Part shown: in pieces, positions 44,626 through 58,439 of the stretch
Layout of the letters: each line of letters starts with the position of its first letter
How positions within the stretch are numbered: the stretch's first letter is position 1
NCBI RefSeq assembly: GCF_009914755.1
Contig: NC_060933.1
Origin: the human T2T-CHM13v2.0 reference genome, Homo sapiens
Strand: one strand, 5' to 3'
DNA: 64,000 nucleotides
The notes under the pieces: model-generated
Seen by the model: the letters and a program-made list of their open reading frames with translations, nothing else
What the model was told of the DNA's origin: nothing
Database searches by the model: none
Made by a program: the position numbers and the translations under genes

Positions 44626-44793
44626 GGCCCTAGGTTGACTACTACTCATCCTTCAGGTCTCAGTTCAAATATCACTTCCTCTGTTGAACTGCTGAGGCTA
44701 GACGAAGGTTCCCCTATTATACATTCTCACTGTGTCTTTCATTTAGGGACACACAACAATGTATAATGATGCATTCTGCAAGAATCCAATTAA

Positions 44794-45117
<324 letters not shown>

Positions 45118-45744
45118 TAATGTCTGTCTCTTCTATTAGACTGACCAGTCTAGGAAGGGAGGAACCATGTCCACCCTCAGTGCTGGCGCACCTCATTGAG
45201 AGGTACAGTTCTAAAAGCCCGGCTCAAGTTAGTCTGTGCAGGTACTGCTTCTCTTTCCTGGGAGTTGCATTAACTGCTGGGTGTCACAGTTGGAGTTGAA
45301 AGATTTTTTATTATTATTATTACAAATTAGACACACAGCAGCAGGTGTGGAGGGGCAACAGAGTCACATTTTCCTCCCCCCTTTAAGGACTAAGGCAAGT
45401 TGATTAATTCTTCCTTACCTGGATAAAGTAGGCATCAAGGCTTTTTTCTAAAGTCCCATAGGGAATGTGTGCGTCTGGAGAGGGGAGAAAGGATTAGTGA
45501 CTTGTTTTCCCATCCTCAGGGGCACAAAAACATTGGCTCCCTCTGCCACTTTCACACTGGCAATGAGAAATGGCAAACTGTCACTTCCATTACATAAGCA
45601 TATCTACCTATGCCTTCCTTAGTTCTTGCCTCAAATTCAAAACAAAAAGTCTTAATATGTCAAAGCAATAACACCCTAGTCTCTTTCCCAGGAATAGTTT
45701 CTGTAAGAACAAGAAATTTATCAGGAGAAAGGAACAGAAACCAG

Positions 45745-45980
45745 TATTTATCAAGCACCCTACTAGTTCCCAAATGACAATGACAAGTATTTTCATATCC
45801 AGTATTGTATTAAAATTTCAGAACAAATGGCCTAGGTAGGCACAGCTATCCCCACTACACAGATGAGGAAAGTAAGACCCAGTTCCACATCACACTGACA
45901 GTAAGGCAAGGGTGGAAGCCAAAGTCAAGTCCAAGTCTGTCTTACTCCAGAGTCTGTGCTAGTCCATTGATTCTCACTGC
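45745..45980 (-). mobile_element. MIR SINE
   Basis: acagatgaggaaagtaag, ccaagtctgtcttactccagagtc. Confidence 0.65.
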
Positions 45981-46734
45981 TGCCAGGGTTTCTTAGACCA
46001 CCAAATTAGATATGTCCATGATACTGGTTTATTTTTTCCCTGATTTAATATATCTCCATTATTGTTTCCTCTCATTCCTTGCTTTCCTGCTTCTTTCTTG
46101 AGAACATGGTTGTACCTTGACCTCAGTTGGCTTTAATTGCTTCTTCTGCATCCCATTCTCCCCTCAAAGATCCTGGTTCTCCATGGGGGAGTGAGGGCTG
46201 TGCTATTTATGTGGAGTTCCATGCTGGAGCTGGCTATGACCCTACGAGCCCGGGTCTCTGCTCCCTCCCTCTCCCCTGACAACTTGTGGGCTGTGTATAT
46301 GTCAGAAAGTTAGTGGCAAGAGTTAGAATTCCAGGCAGCTTTTTGTCAGACAAAAGCATCAATTATCATTATGTGAATGGCTACTTCGTTATGTGCTATA
46401 GTGGCTCTGCTGAGCATCCCAGGAATAAGCTATCAAATCCTTAGAATGACATCCTTGGAGTAAAAAAGTGCAATTTTAAAACAAAACCAAAAAAGGCCTG
46501 TTTCCACTATCTGCCAAATAAAGCTCAGGAGGAGTCTTGCCCACACATATACACTCCAGCCCTCTCCCCATGAGATTAATCTGAGTATCTCACCATTTGA
46601 AACTGAAACACACAGTAGTGAAGACTTTTGTGTTTTTCTATTTGTAAACCTTACCTTCCTCCAAATACTTTTTTTTGTTGGCCCAGAGTAAGTGAAATTA
46701 TCTTTGTTTTCCTTATACAACAATTTAGCTTTAA

Positions 46735-46739
46735 CACAC

Positions 46740-46780
<41 letters not shown>
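46735..46780. repeat. (CA)n microsatellite, interrupted
   Basis: Directly visible. Confidence 0.92.
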
Positions 46781-46781
<1 letters not shown>

Positions 46782-48039
46782 ATTAATGTAGCTAGAAAAT
46801 CCTACCCAAGCTACAGGAGACTACAAGATCTGAGCTCAAAGTAAATGTGTATTTATATTATTAGGTGGTCATTCCATAAAAAGATTGCTTCTAACCAAAT
46901 ATGTGCATGCATGTATGCATACACATACACACACATATATTTATCCGGGGAGTGTTTTCAAAGAAGGGTTTTCCCCCCATACTTCTGGCAGTTCAGGTTT
47001 AAAGGTCAGATTTAAACTATCACCATGTTTCACAATGCAATCTGTGCAGTGCCGCGTAATGAAATGGTTCAGTAAAGGTGCTCATGGAAATTCTTTTAAT
47101 TAGGTCTAAGGCTTTTCAGTTGTCAACATGAATAAACCAAGAAGCATTCTCTTGCAAACACAACACACAAAATTAAAGTGTAAGTTACCTTTGAAAAAAC
47201 TGATATGCACTTGCAAAAGGAAACTTATATGTTTTTTACAACACAACATCCACCAATTTTTTTTTAAAAAAGTGGACCAATATCTTTCAAGAACAAAATG
47301 GACTGCAAACCAAAAATAAAAGGATTGCTCTATTTCTAATGAACCAGAACATTAATGCCTTTTCTAATGGAAAGTATTTGGAGGAAGACTAAAGTTAATC
47401 ATAATTAAAAATGTTTATCAAGAGACTAACGACTTTCTTCATGAGCAAAAGCCACCTTTCCATTTAACTATAATTAATTCTACAGATCAGCAGTATCTCA
47501 GTCAGACATGTGAATGTCTCACAATGACTCTGGCAAATTGAATGACATATATTAAAAATGAACCAAAATGCACTTCTGCCCTCAGAGCCACTATCTGAGG
47601 CCCAAAAGATGAGCATATCACAGCAGGAATGCCACCAAGATGCCTGCTTCCCTAAAGCCGTGTTAACAAACTAAACCATAGAGGTGTAGAAATTTTAACC
47701 ATCAGTTCACAGCTAGAAATTGAAATTCACAAAACTCTAAGAAAACAGTAGGTTGCTTGGGGCACTTGGGTTGTATTTGCACTGAGCTTTGAGAGAAAAG
47801 CAAAACTAAAACTATTCCAGTCACCACCAGGAGTTCAGATTTAGATGAGTACAAAGGTGTTCACAAATGCCAACCAAACTTCAGACCTGACATGGAATGA
47901 GACAACTCAGATGGAGCAATGGCAGCATGTCATAAACATGCATAATAAATCAATGTCTTGATTGATCAATGGATGAATATATTCTAGTGACCTCTAGGCA
48001 TGAGGGGACCACACTTTACAGTACATGGATTTACTCTGG

Positions 48040-48260
48040 GCTCAGCCCGACCTGAGTTCAAATTCTGGCTCTCCTCCTGGCAATTATCTGGATGCCTCTA
48101 GGCAAGTTACTTGGCCCCTTTTCTTCATCTATAAAAAGGGGATAAAGTACCCTCCCCTTCTTTTTTTTGCAGGATTCTTATGTAGATTAAATGTCAAGAT
48201 TTTCAAATCCCCTAGCACAGTGCCTGGCACACTGTAGGGGCCTAATCGATGGTGACTATT
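48040..48260 (+). mobile_element. MIR SINE
   Basis: gacctgagttcaaattctggctct, ctagcacagtgcctggcacac. Confidence 0.75.
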
Positions 48261-51200
48261 CTTCTGCGCTAGCTCAACTCCAAAGCCAAAACTACCCAAG
48301 CCTTTATTTTAGCATCGAAAAGAATCATGGGTTCACAATGAACATATTCTAGGGCATCAATTACTGAAATGTCACTCATTATGCTGAGCCTAGTGGATTT
48401 ACTTAGTGACCCAAACTTGGTGTGTATTTGGGAGTTAATGAAGAGCTTGGTGTTTACAAAGATAAAAGTGGGGTTTGTCTCAGCCACAATCCTGGGCTGA
48501 ATGGATACAGATTTCCCTGCTTAGGGATGTGGCCAGGCCGGATTCATGGTGGATCACATGGATACATCCACACAGAGCGAGATATCTCCCAAGGGGATCC
48601 GGGCATCTCCACCTCCTCAGGGGAGGAAAAAAAAACAAAACAGGAAGGGGGGTGGGAAGTGTGTATAATAGATGTGTTTCACAGTGTCCCCGCTGTGATG
48701 AACAACTTGATCCACTTACAGTTCCAAACACATGATGCATAAAAGAGCTGACAGAAATTCAATTCTTGCAAAGAAAAGCATCTGCTCTCTAGTGGGAACG
48801 GCCAAATATTAAGCAGTTTTAAGGCAGGGCAAAGACCTAGAGGAGCACACTTCATTATCTAGATAGCTAGAGTAAAGAAATGCAGAGGATTACAAACGAA
48901 CGAAAAAGTAGCCAAGATTCCAAGCATTAATTACCCGGGGTAAAATGATTCAAGTTAAATCTTTGTTACGACAAATATTAAACCCAGCTGTGTTTATGTA
49001 GCAGTTGTGAAAAAGAAGAAAAAAAGAAATCCGTGTACAATATCTGTGAGCTCTGCCAGTTAATTGAATTCGCTGGCAGCACTTCCTCCACCACGAGCCA
49101 AACATCCTCAAAGATAAAATGTAGCTTTTAAACAGACCTGGGAAAAACAGAATCAAGAAATTTCAACCAATAAAACACAACTCTTTACTGGTATGAAAGT
49201 AAAGTAAAATTCAGTAATGAAAGGAAGGAAGTCTCTTAAACATTTACTGCATTCCAAAGCTTGGAATTGTGGTTTATTGCTGAGGTCTCTTCTGATGTCC
49301 CACAGTGCTCCTGCTCCAGCATCTTTAATGAAGTCCCATAAACTCCCATAAAATCCTCGATCGTTGACAAATCATACACACACGCTTAGGGCAAGGCTCA
49401 CTGGATCACGATGCTCTCTTCCTGAATGAATGAAATTTACAAGTCACAGCATGGACAGTGTCGCCAAGTGGCCCAAGACAGAACAGGGATGGACAAACAA
49501 CTCCTGAAAAGCACAAGGGATGAATGACTGGATGCTGGTCACAGGTGCTACTAAGAATTCTCTCTAGCACACTGTCCCCTGACCCCAAGTCCAATATCAG
49601 TAGACGTGGGGTGGGGGAAAGCTTTGGTCAGATTCTAGCAACCAGCAAAGCAGCAAGAGGTGGGATCCAACACTCGACCCTTAGTCTGGGACTCCTGGTA
49701 GCATGAATTTTATCACATCATTCCCTGGCTTAATCACCTTAGTAGATGCCCCACTGCCCCAAACTTGAAGTCCAAACTTGTTTTTGTGACCATTCCCAAT
49801 CTGGTCCCTCCTGTCTATTTGGGTCTCATCTTTTGTCCCTCCCAACCACACACCCTATGTTCTAGCCGTAATAAACTGTTAATTCCTGGTTCACACCTCC
49901 AACCTCCATGCATTCAGTTCTCATCCCCCAGTGTGCTCATCGCTCCTTTCCAGGAAGGATGACTGTTTCTCAAGTGTTTCCATGTCCCCATGGCTCAATA
50001 CACTGAGCATACACCCAAAAAACTTTGGCTAAATGAATAATGAACAAATAATCTCCATACCTGAAGTGGCTATAGATCTGCCCATCTGGAAGACTCTGAA
50101 CTAGAAACATCCAGAGTCTCCTGTGTATGGAAGCAAAGCTGTCAGTAAAAAGTATAAATGGGTAGAAGAGCAATGGCAAGAGATGAGGTAGGAGAGATGG
50201 GCAGAAAGTGGATTACAAAGGCCCATATTATGGAGCCTGAATTTCACCAAGAGAAAAATGAGGCACCACTAAAGGTTTTCAGTTGGGGAGTGGTCTCCAT
50301 GCTCTGTAATACACCTTTGTTTATAGCCTGGAGGATGGATGGGGACTGGAGAAGTGGGGGCAAGACTGGCAGTCCAGCCTGCATTAGCTTTTCTACTAAC
50401 CAGCCTGGGACCTCACTGAGAATAAAGGTTATGTCTTAATCACCTCCATACTCATTATACCCAATATAAAGCCTAGCACATAGTAGGTGCTCAGGAAATG
50501 CCTGCTGAATGAATAAACACTCTATCAGAAAATACTAACAAAAATGCATTAACAGGGTAGAAGTATCAAGTCCATAAAAAGGCCTAGTCCCTCGCTTCTG
50601 GAATCAAATGCATTGTTGACTCACAGGGAAAGATCACACACCAGTTCCTACAAGCCCTGTAGAATATCTCGAGAGTCTGAGGGTTCTGGGCCTTTAAAGA
50701 AATATGGCGTGGAGAAGGCCAGGGCTTGAGATAAACATGAAGTCTGTAAACACGCCTTTAGATCTAAAAGAAGGAGTATTCTTGCCATATTTTTCCTCCA
50801 AAATCCATAGCTAGGGAACAATGCAATATTGTCAGTGAAAACACTACTTTGGCAACTTTCATGGAACATAGCAAGGTATAAGGCATTAACCTTGCCAACC
50901 TCATTTTTTTTTTTAGGGTAAAACAAAGCTAACTCAGACAAGATTATACATTTGAGACTAAATTGTCTAGGCATCTAGCACAAAGCCGAGCCATCCTGCC
51001 TCCAAAGTAACCCTTTGCTCATGTACATAAATCATCTAAAAATCAGCAGAGTTGTTCTGAAAGCTACTTAATATTGGAACTCCACCTTTAAAATTAATTT
51101 CCAAGGCTGCTACTTTTAAAAATTAACTAAGTCATAACTGATATATAATAGAATGCATACACTTAAAAAGCACAGTCCAGTGAGTTTTGACCAATGTCTA

Positions 51201-54200
51201 CACGTGTGTAACCACCTCCACAATCAAGAAACAGAACAGTTCCTTCACCACAGAAGGTTGGTTGGTGCCCCTTGGCAGTCAGGCCCTGCCTCCTCCATCC
51301 CAGCCCAAGGCAACCACTGATCTGCTTTCAGCCACTATAGACTAGCTTTCTCTCTTCTATTTTTACATACATGAAATCCTACAGTGCTGTGTGTCTGGTT
51401 TCTTTTGCTCAGTGTGAATTAAGATTCATTCATGTTGCTTGGTGTATCAAACGTTTGTTACTACAGAATACTGAGTAAATACATAAACATAAGGGATATA
51501 ATACATTGTTTATTTATCCATCTACCATTTGATAGACATTTCGGTTACTTTCAGTTATTGTTCTCTATGAATACAGCTGCCATAAACATTCATGTACAAG
51601 CCTGTTTGGATATAGTTTCATTTCTCTTGGGTGAATAGCCAGGTGTGGGATTGTTGGGTTGTATGGTAGGCGTAAGTTTAACTTCATGAGATATTGACAA
51701 ACTGTTTTCCAAAGTGGTTGTACCGTATTGTACTCCCATCAGCCGTGATGAAAGCTCCACATAAATGCTTCCACATCTTTGACAATACTTGGTGTTGCCA
51801 GTGTTTAAATAATTTTAAAGTCAGGTTTATTGAGGTATGATTTACATACCTTAAGATTCACCATCTTTAGTGAATAGTTCTAAGAATTTTGAAAGATACA
51901 TGCAGTCATATATCTATCACCACAATCAAGATACAGACGGTCCATCATCCCCCAAATTTCCCTTGTTCCACTTTTAGTCCTGGCAACCACTCAGCTGTTT
52001 CTAGCTTTATAGTTTTGCCTGTTCCAGAATACAAAATAAATGGATTCTGTCACTTCTAATGTATTTGAGATTCATCCATTTTGTGGAATAGATCAGTAGT
52101 TAGTTTCTTCTTCTTGATTGTGGAGTAGCCTTCTATTTTATGGGTATACCACTGATTGTTTTTATATTAACCAGTTGGGGGACGTCTGTATTGTTTCTGG
52201 TTTGGGTTGCTAAAAACATACACATACATACGTTTTCCTTTTCTTGGGCAAATACCTAGGTGTGGGATCGCCTGGTCATACAGTAAACATATGTTTAAAA
52301 TATACATCTATAAGAAATTCAGCCTTTTTATTTTAGCCGTACCAGTGGGTATGCAGTAGAACCTTGTTGTGACATTAATTTGTACCCTCATGACTAACGA
52401 TGCGGAGTATCTTTTCATGTGCATGTTGTGATGTGTTTCTTCAAATATTTTACCCATTTTAATTGAGCTATCTTCTTGCTATTGAGTTTTGGAATTTTTA
52501 AATATATTTTGGATAAAAGTCCTTTTTTAGGTATAAGTGTTAAGAATATTTTATCTCATTTTGTCTGTGGCTTGCCTCTTCATTTTTTAAATGATGCTTT
52601 TGGGGAGCATAAGTTTTTACCTTTCATGACATCCAATTTATCACTTTTTTATTTATGATGTGTGCTTTTTATGTCCTAAGAAATTTTTGCCTACCCCCAA
52701 TTCATGAGGATTCCCTCTCATATTTTTTTTCTAGTCATTTGATTGTTTTTGCTTCTATTTTTAGGTCTATAGTCTATTTTGAGCTAATATTTGCATGAGG
52801 TAAAAGTCAAGGCTTCTTTTTTTTCCATATAGATATCCAGTTGTTCCAGCACGTTTGTTGGAATAAAAGATCCCTCTTCTTTCCCTTTTGAATTACTTTG
52901 GCATATTTGTTGAAAAATCAATTGACCACTTATGTGTAGGTCTAATTCTGGACTCTTAATTTTGTTCTATTGATTTATATGTGTTTCTACACTGTCTTGA
53001 TTACTGTAACTTTATAGTGAGTCTTGCAAACAGGTAATATAAGTCCTACAACTTTGTTCTTCTCTTTCAACATTGTTTTGGCTATTCTAGATCTTTTGCA
53101 TATTCATATACATTTTAGAATCAGCTTGTGAAGTTTACCAAAAAGAAAGCCATCTGGAATTTGGGTTGGGATTATATTGAATCTATAGATCAATTTAGGG
53201 AAAATTAACATCTTAAAAATATTGAGTAAAAAAATATTGAGTCTTCCAATCCAAAACATGGAATAGCTCTCCATTTATTTAGGTCTTTTAAATTTTTTTT
53301 CAGAAATGTTTCATAGCTTTCAGGATACAAATTTTCAACATATTTTCTTAAATTTATTCCTAAGTATTTTGTGTTTTGTATGCTATTTTAAATGGTACTT
53401 TAAAAAATCTCATTTTCAATTGCTTGTTACTAGTATATAGAAATACATTTGATTTTTGTATACTGACTTTATCCTGCACCCTTACTAAATTCATTTATGA
53501 GACTCCTTAGAATTTTCCATATACACGATCAAGTTGTCTGAATAAAGAGAATTTCACTTCTTTCTAATCATTAAGGCTTTACCTCTTTTCCCTGTCTTAG
53601 TGAACTGGTGGGAACCTCCAGTACAATGTTGAATAGAAATAAGAAGAGCAGATACCTTTCTTTCATTCTCGGGGGAAAGAAATCAGTCTTTCACCATTAA
53701 GTATGATGTGAGCTGTAGGTCTTTTCTAGATGCTCTCTATCACAGTGAGAATACTTCATTTTCTAGGAGTTCTTATCATGAATATTGCCGAATTTTTCCT
53801 AAATTTTTTTTTTCATATATCTTGTTATTATTTTCCTTTTCAGTTTACTGATATAATAGATTACATGGTTTTTCAAATATTTAGCCAACCTGTATTCACA
53901 TCTTTTAAAAAAGGTTATTATCCTTTTTTATATATTGCTGGATTCAATTTGATAATATATTGTTAAAGATTTTTGCATCTATATTGGTCTGTAGTTGCCT
54001 TTTTTTTTTTTTTTTTTGTTTGTAAATTATTTATCTGGTTTTCAAGTTGGGGTAAAGCTGACCTCATAAAATAAGATGAGACATCTTCCTTTTACTTCTG
54101 TTTTTTGAAAAAGTTGGTGATAAGATTGTGTTAGTTCTTCTTAAATATATGATAGAATTCACCAGGGAGGCTCTCTGGGCCTAGGGTTTTCTTTGTGGGA

Positions 54201-54450
54201 AAGTTTTACAGATTTAAAATTCTTTAATAGAAATAGTGCCATTTTTCTATTTCTTCTTGAGTCACTTTCTGTAATTCAAGGAATTTGTTCATTTTACCTA
54301 ATTTGTCAAAATTGTAAAGTTATTCATAATACTCCCTTCTTTTTCTAAAATGAACTTTCATTTTGAAATATTTTTAGATTTACAGAAAAGTTACAAAGAT
54401 AGTACAAAGAGGACCCATATTCTCCTTACCCAGTTTCAGTTTCCCCTAAA

Positions 54451-54646
54451 CAGGGGTGTTAAAGGGAGAGAATGCAGTCATGGGTTCTTAGTTTGTTTCT
54501 GGTTGGGCCGGCAAAGCCTCTTCCTCATCCCTCTTTTCCACTTATCACTAGAGAGAGAAACTAAAAGCTATGGCTTTGGGCTGCTAAAAGCCTAAAACAA
54601 AACAGAACAGCCACAACAACAAAGTGGGGTGGGTTGGACAAGCTTG
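54451..54646 (+). mobile_element. MER30B (hAT-Charlie)
   Basis: caggggtg...gtcatgggttcttagttt...ctgctaaaagcctaaaac...gggttggacaagcttg. Confidence 0.8.
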
Positions 54647-54905
54647 CATATCTTAGATTACCACCACACATTTGTCAAAACTAAGAAACTAACAATAGCA
54701 CATTAGTATTAACTAAACTCCAGACTTTATTGTGATTTCATCAGTTTTCCATTCATGCCATTTTTCTATCCCAAGATCCAATCCAGGATCCTACATTGCA
54801 TTTAGTTGTCATGTCTCCTTAGTCTCCTCTGGTTTAGAACAGTTTGTCTTTCCTTTGTTATGACCTTGACAGTTGTGAGAAATGCTGGTCAGATATTTTG
54901 TAGAA

Positions 54906-55260
54906 CAGCAGTCCCACGACCTTTTTGGCACCAGGGACCAGTTTCATGGAAGACAATCTTTTCATGGACTGCTGGGGGTGGTGGAGAGGTGCAAGGGAGG
55001 ATGGTTTTGGGATGAAACTCTTCCACCTCAGATCATCAGGCATTAGATTCTCATAAGGAGCACACAACCTACATCCCTTGCATACAAAGTTCACAACAGG
55101 GTTCATGGTCCTTTGAGAATCTAATGCCGCTGCTGATCTGACAGGAGGTAGAGTGCTCAGGTGGTCATGCTCACTCGCTGCTCACCTCCTACTGTATGGC
55201 TGGGTTCCGAACAGGCCATGAACTGGCACCAATCCACAGCCCAGGGGTTGGAGACCCCTG
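54906..55260 (+). mobile_element. MER1B (hAT-Charlie), TSD ttg(t/c)agaa
   Basis: cctttttggcaccagggaccagtttcatggaagac...cagatcatcaggcattagattctcataagg...gttggagacccctg; TSD 54898-54905 and 55261-55268. Confidence 0.9.
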
Positions 55261-56333
55261 TTGCAGAATGTTCCCAAATTTGAATTTCTCAGAAGTCTCT
55301 GCATGATTAGAGTGGATTTTTGGAAAGAATACCACAGAAGTGAAATATCCTCATTACATCACATCAGTGGTTATATGATATCCACATGACATCACTGGTG
55401 ATGTTAAAATTGATCGTTTGGTTAAGGTAGTGTCTGCCAGTTTCTCCACTAAAGTTACTCTTTTTCTCTTTACACACACAGTTTTTTAGGAATAAATACA
55501 TTCTAGCCCACACCCAAGTAGGGGCAAGGGGCGATTAAGCCCCTTCTGGACAGGACAGTCTTTACAAATATTATTTGGTATACTTGTATAAGGATGATTT
55601 GTTTCTCTGCCCCCCAACTCTCTTTTGATCAGCATTTGGCTGGTATATCTTTTTTATCCTTTTACTTTTCATCTATTTGACTCTTCATATTTAAAGTAGA
55701 ATTCTTACAGAAATTATACAATTGGGTCTTGCTTTTTTATATAATAACCTCTGTAAATTGGAGTGTCTAGACAATGTATGTTTAATGTAAAAACCAACAT
55801 AGTTGAATAAATCTATCATCTTGCTAACTTTTCTATTTGTTCCATCTGTTGTCATGTTTACTCTTTCCCCACAAAATGTTTTGGACCTTCAATACTGGCT
55901 TATTAGCTATATATCTCTGTCTTATTTTTTCCTCCCTTAGTGGCCCTTGTAAGGTTTACAACATAAATCTCTAACTTAATACAGTCTACCTTCAAATAAT
56001 ATTATGCCAGTTTTTGTATACAGGTAACGTAACAACCTTTAAACAGAATACTTCTATTCTCCACCCCCTACTGGTATTATTACCAGCAGAATACCTCCAC
56101 TGGTATTATTTTTACTTGAAATACTCAATTAACTTTTTTAGAAATTACAAATGAGAAAGTAAATTTCTTACATGTATCCATATATTTACTATCTGTGGTT
56201 CTCTTCACTTCCTTACAATTCAGATTTCCCTATAATATCATTTTTCCCCGCTGAAGAACTTCTTTTGTAGTGCAGGTCTGCTGACAATGATTTCTCCAAT
56301 TTTGTATCTGTTTTAAAAAGTCCTAGTTTTGCC

Positions 56334-56573
56334 TTTTTTTTTGAGATGGATTCTAGCTCTGTTTCCCAGGCTGGAGTGCAGTGGGGCAGCCTCGGCTCAC
56401 TGAAATCTCTGCCTCCTGGGTTCAAGCGATTCTGCCACCTCAGCCTCCTGAGTAGCTGGGATTACAGGCACCCGCCATCATGACTGGCTAATTTTTGTAG
56501 AGACGGGGTTTCACCATGTTGGCCAGGCTGGTCTTGAACTCCTGACCTCAGGTGATCCACCTGCCTCAGTGCT
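56334..56573 (-). mobile_element. AluSx-like, 5'-truncated
   Basis: Right arm plus partial left arm ending cctgcctcagtgct. Confidence 0.88.
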
Positions 56574-58249
56574 TTCATTTTTGAAGGATATTTTCACTGG
56601 ATATAGAATTCTGGGTTGATAAAAATTATCTTTCATTACTTTAAAAATGTCATTCCATTGTCTTCTGCCTTAAATGGTCTCTGGCAATAAGTCTGCTAGA
56701 ATTACTTCTCATACCTTTTTCTCTCTGGCTAATTTAAGCTTTTCTTGGTTTTGAGCAATTAATCAAAATGTATCTTTGTGTGGTTTTGTTTGGGTCCATT
56801 GTGTTTCAGGTTTATTGAGCTTCTTGGAGCTCTGAGTATAATTTCATCAAAATTGAAAAAAAAATCAGCTATAATCTGTTAAAATATTTTTTCTGTCTTT
56901 CCTCACCTTCCTTACCTTCTGGGACTCCAGTTGCAAGTATGTTAGCCCTCTTGATATTATGCTATAGGATCACTGAGTTTTGTTAACTTTTTCCAGTCTT
57001 TTTTCTTTCTTGGCTTCATATTGAGGAGTTTTTATTGCTATATCTTCAAATTCACTGATGTTTTATTCAGTGGTATCTCATATCCTCTTAATCCCATAAG
57101 TGATTTTTTTTTCATTCTAGGTGTATTTGTTGCTTATAGATGTTCCCTTTCATTTTTAAATATCTTCCATTTCTCCCTTCATTTAATCAGGTCTTCCTTT
57201 AAATTCATGAACATATTTATAGTCTTCATAAAATCTACTTTAAAGTCTTTATCTGCTAGTTCTATCATATCTGTCACTTCTGAGTCTGTTTCTATTGACT
57301 AATTTTCCTCTTGTTAGGGGTGACATTTTCCTCATTCTCAACATGTCTTGCACTTTTAAAATAAGATGTTAGATACTGTGAATGTTATGTTATCGAATAT
57401 TGGATTGTGTTGCCTTCTTTTAAAGAGGGTTGAAGTTTATTTTGACACAAGGTTAGATTTCTTGCACATCAGATTGATCTTTTAAAGACTTCTTTAAAAA
57501 GAAATAGGTTTGTTTAAAACTTTTCATCGAAGTTTAACATACACACATAAAAATGCACACACCATTGGTGCTCAGCTTGACGAATTCACCCCCATGTAAC
57601 TGGCACTCAGATTAAAATCCAGCACATTTTAGGACCCCTAAAGCCCTCTCTTGTGCCTCTCAAAGCTTAATTTTAAGCTCTTTCAGGGCAGGGCTAAAAT
57701 GATCTTTATAGCTAATTTAGATGTACTATCAAGTCATGCCCTACTGGTGTCTCTTATCATTGTCCTGAATGACCAACAAGATCTCTGACTCTGGTTGGTC
57801 AGAACCTGCAGGATTCCTAGACTTGTGTGAGCTCTGAGAACTGTTCATCTTATAGTTTCCTGTCAGGAGTTTTACCCTACATATGGGCAGATTAGTCTTC
57901 AGCAGGTTTGTCAATTCAGGTTTCTGGAGCTCTTCAGCTGAGTAGCTCCCTCCTGTCTGATACTCTCACTTGCAAATGTAAACCATCTCCCCTTCAAACT
58001 GTTCTTTAATCTTTCAGCTCCCCAAGACTGTTGTGCTTTGCTGGGGATTCCCCTTCTAGTACCAATATCCAGAAAATGCCTCAAGGCAGAAAGCCAGTGG
58101 GATAGTAGGCCTCACCTCACTGGCTTCCTTTCACTCAGGGATAACAATCTTGTCTTGTCTGTTGTCCAACATGTGAAAACAGCTGTTTTCATATTTGTCC
58201 AGAGTTTTAAATTGTGGGAGGATTAATCCAGTTCCAATTATTCTATCAT

Positions 58250-58370
58250 GGCTGGAGAGCAGTGGCGCAATCACAGCTCACTGCAAACTTGAATTCTTGG
58301 CCTCAAGCAATTCTTCTGCCTCAGACTCCCAAAATGCTGGGATTATAGGCATGAGCCACCATGTCTGGCC
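58250..58370 (-). mobile_element. Alu monomer fragment (FRAM/AluJ-derived)
   Basis: ggctggag..gtggcgcaatcacagctcactgc...gctgggattataggcatgagccacc. Confidence 0.8.
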
Positions 58371-58439
58371 CCAAGCCTCTTTTAATAAAGTTTCCAGCGT
58401 AGATGCCATGTTTTACAAGATTTCATCTACCATAATAAC

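Larger units (their letters stand above)
51115..58240 (-). mobile_element. composite block of old L1M elements (3' ends, ORF2 and ORF1 remnants) with nested L1s, MER30B, MER1B and AluS
   Basis: L1 3' ends start at ~51120, ~51815, ~54350 and ~57510; ORF2 antisense motifs (atatccagttgttccagcac, gaatctatagatcaattt, cctccagtacaatgttgaataga, tagaattcaccag); ORF1-like from ~56200. Confidence 0.85.
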
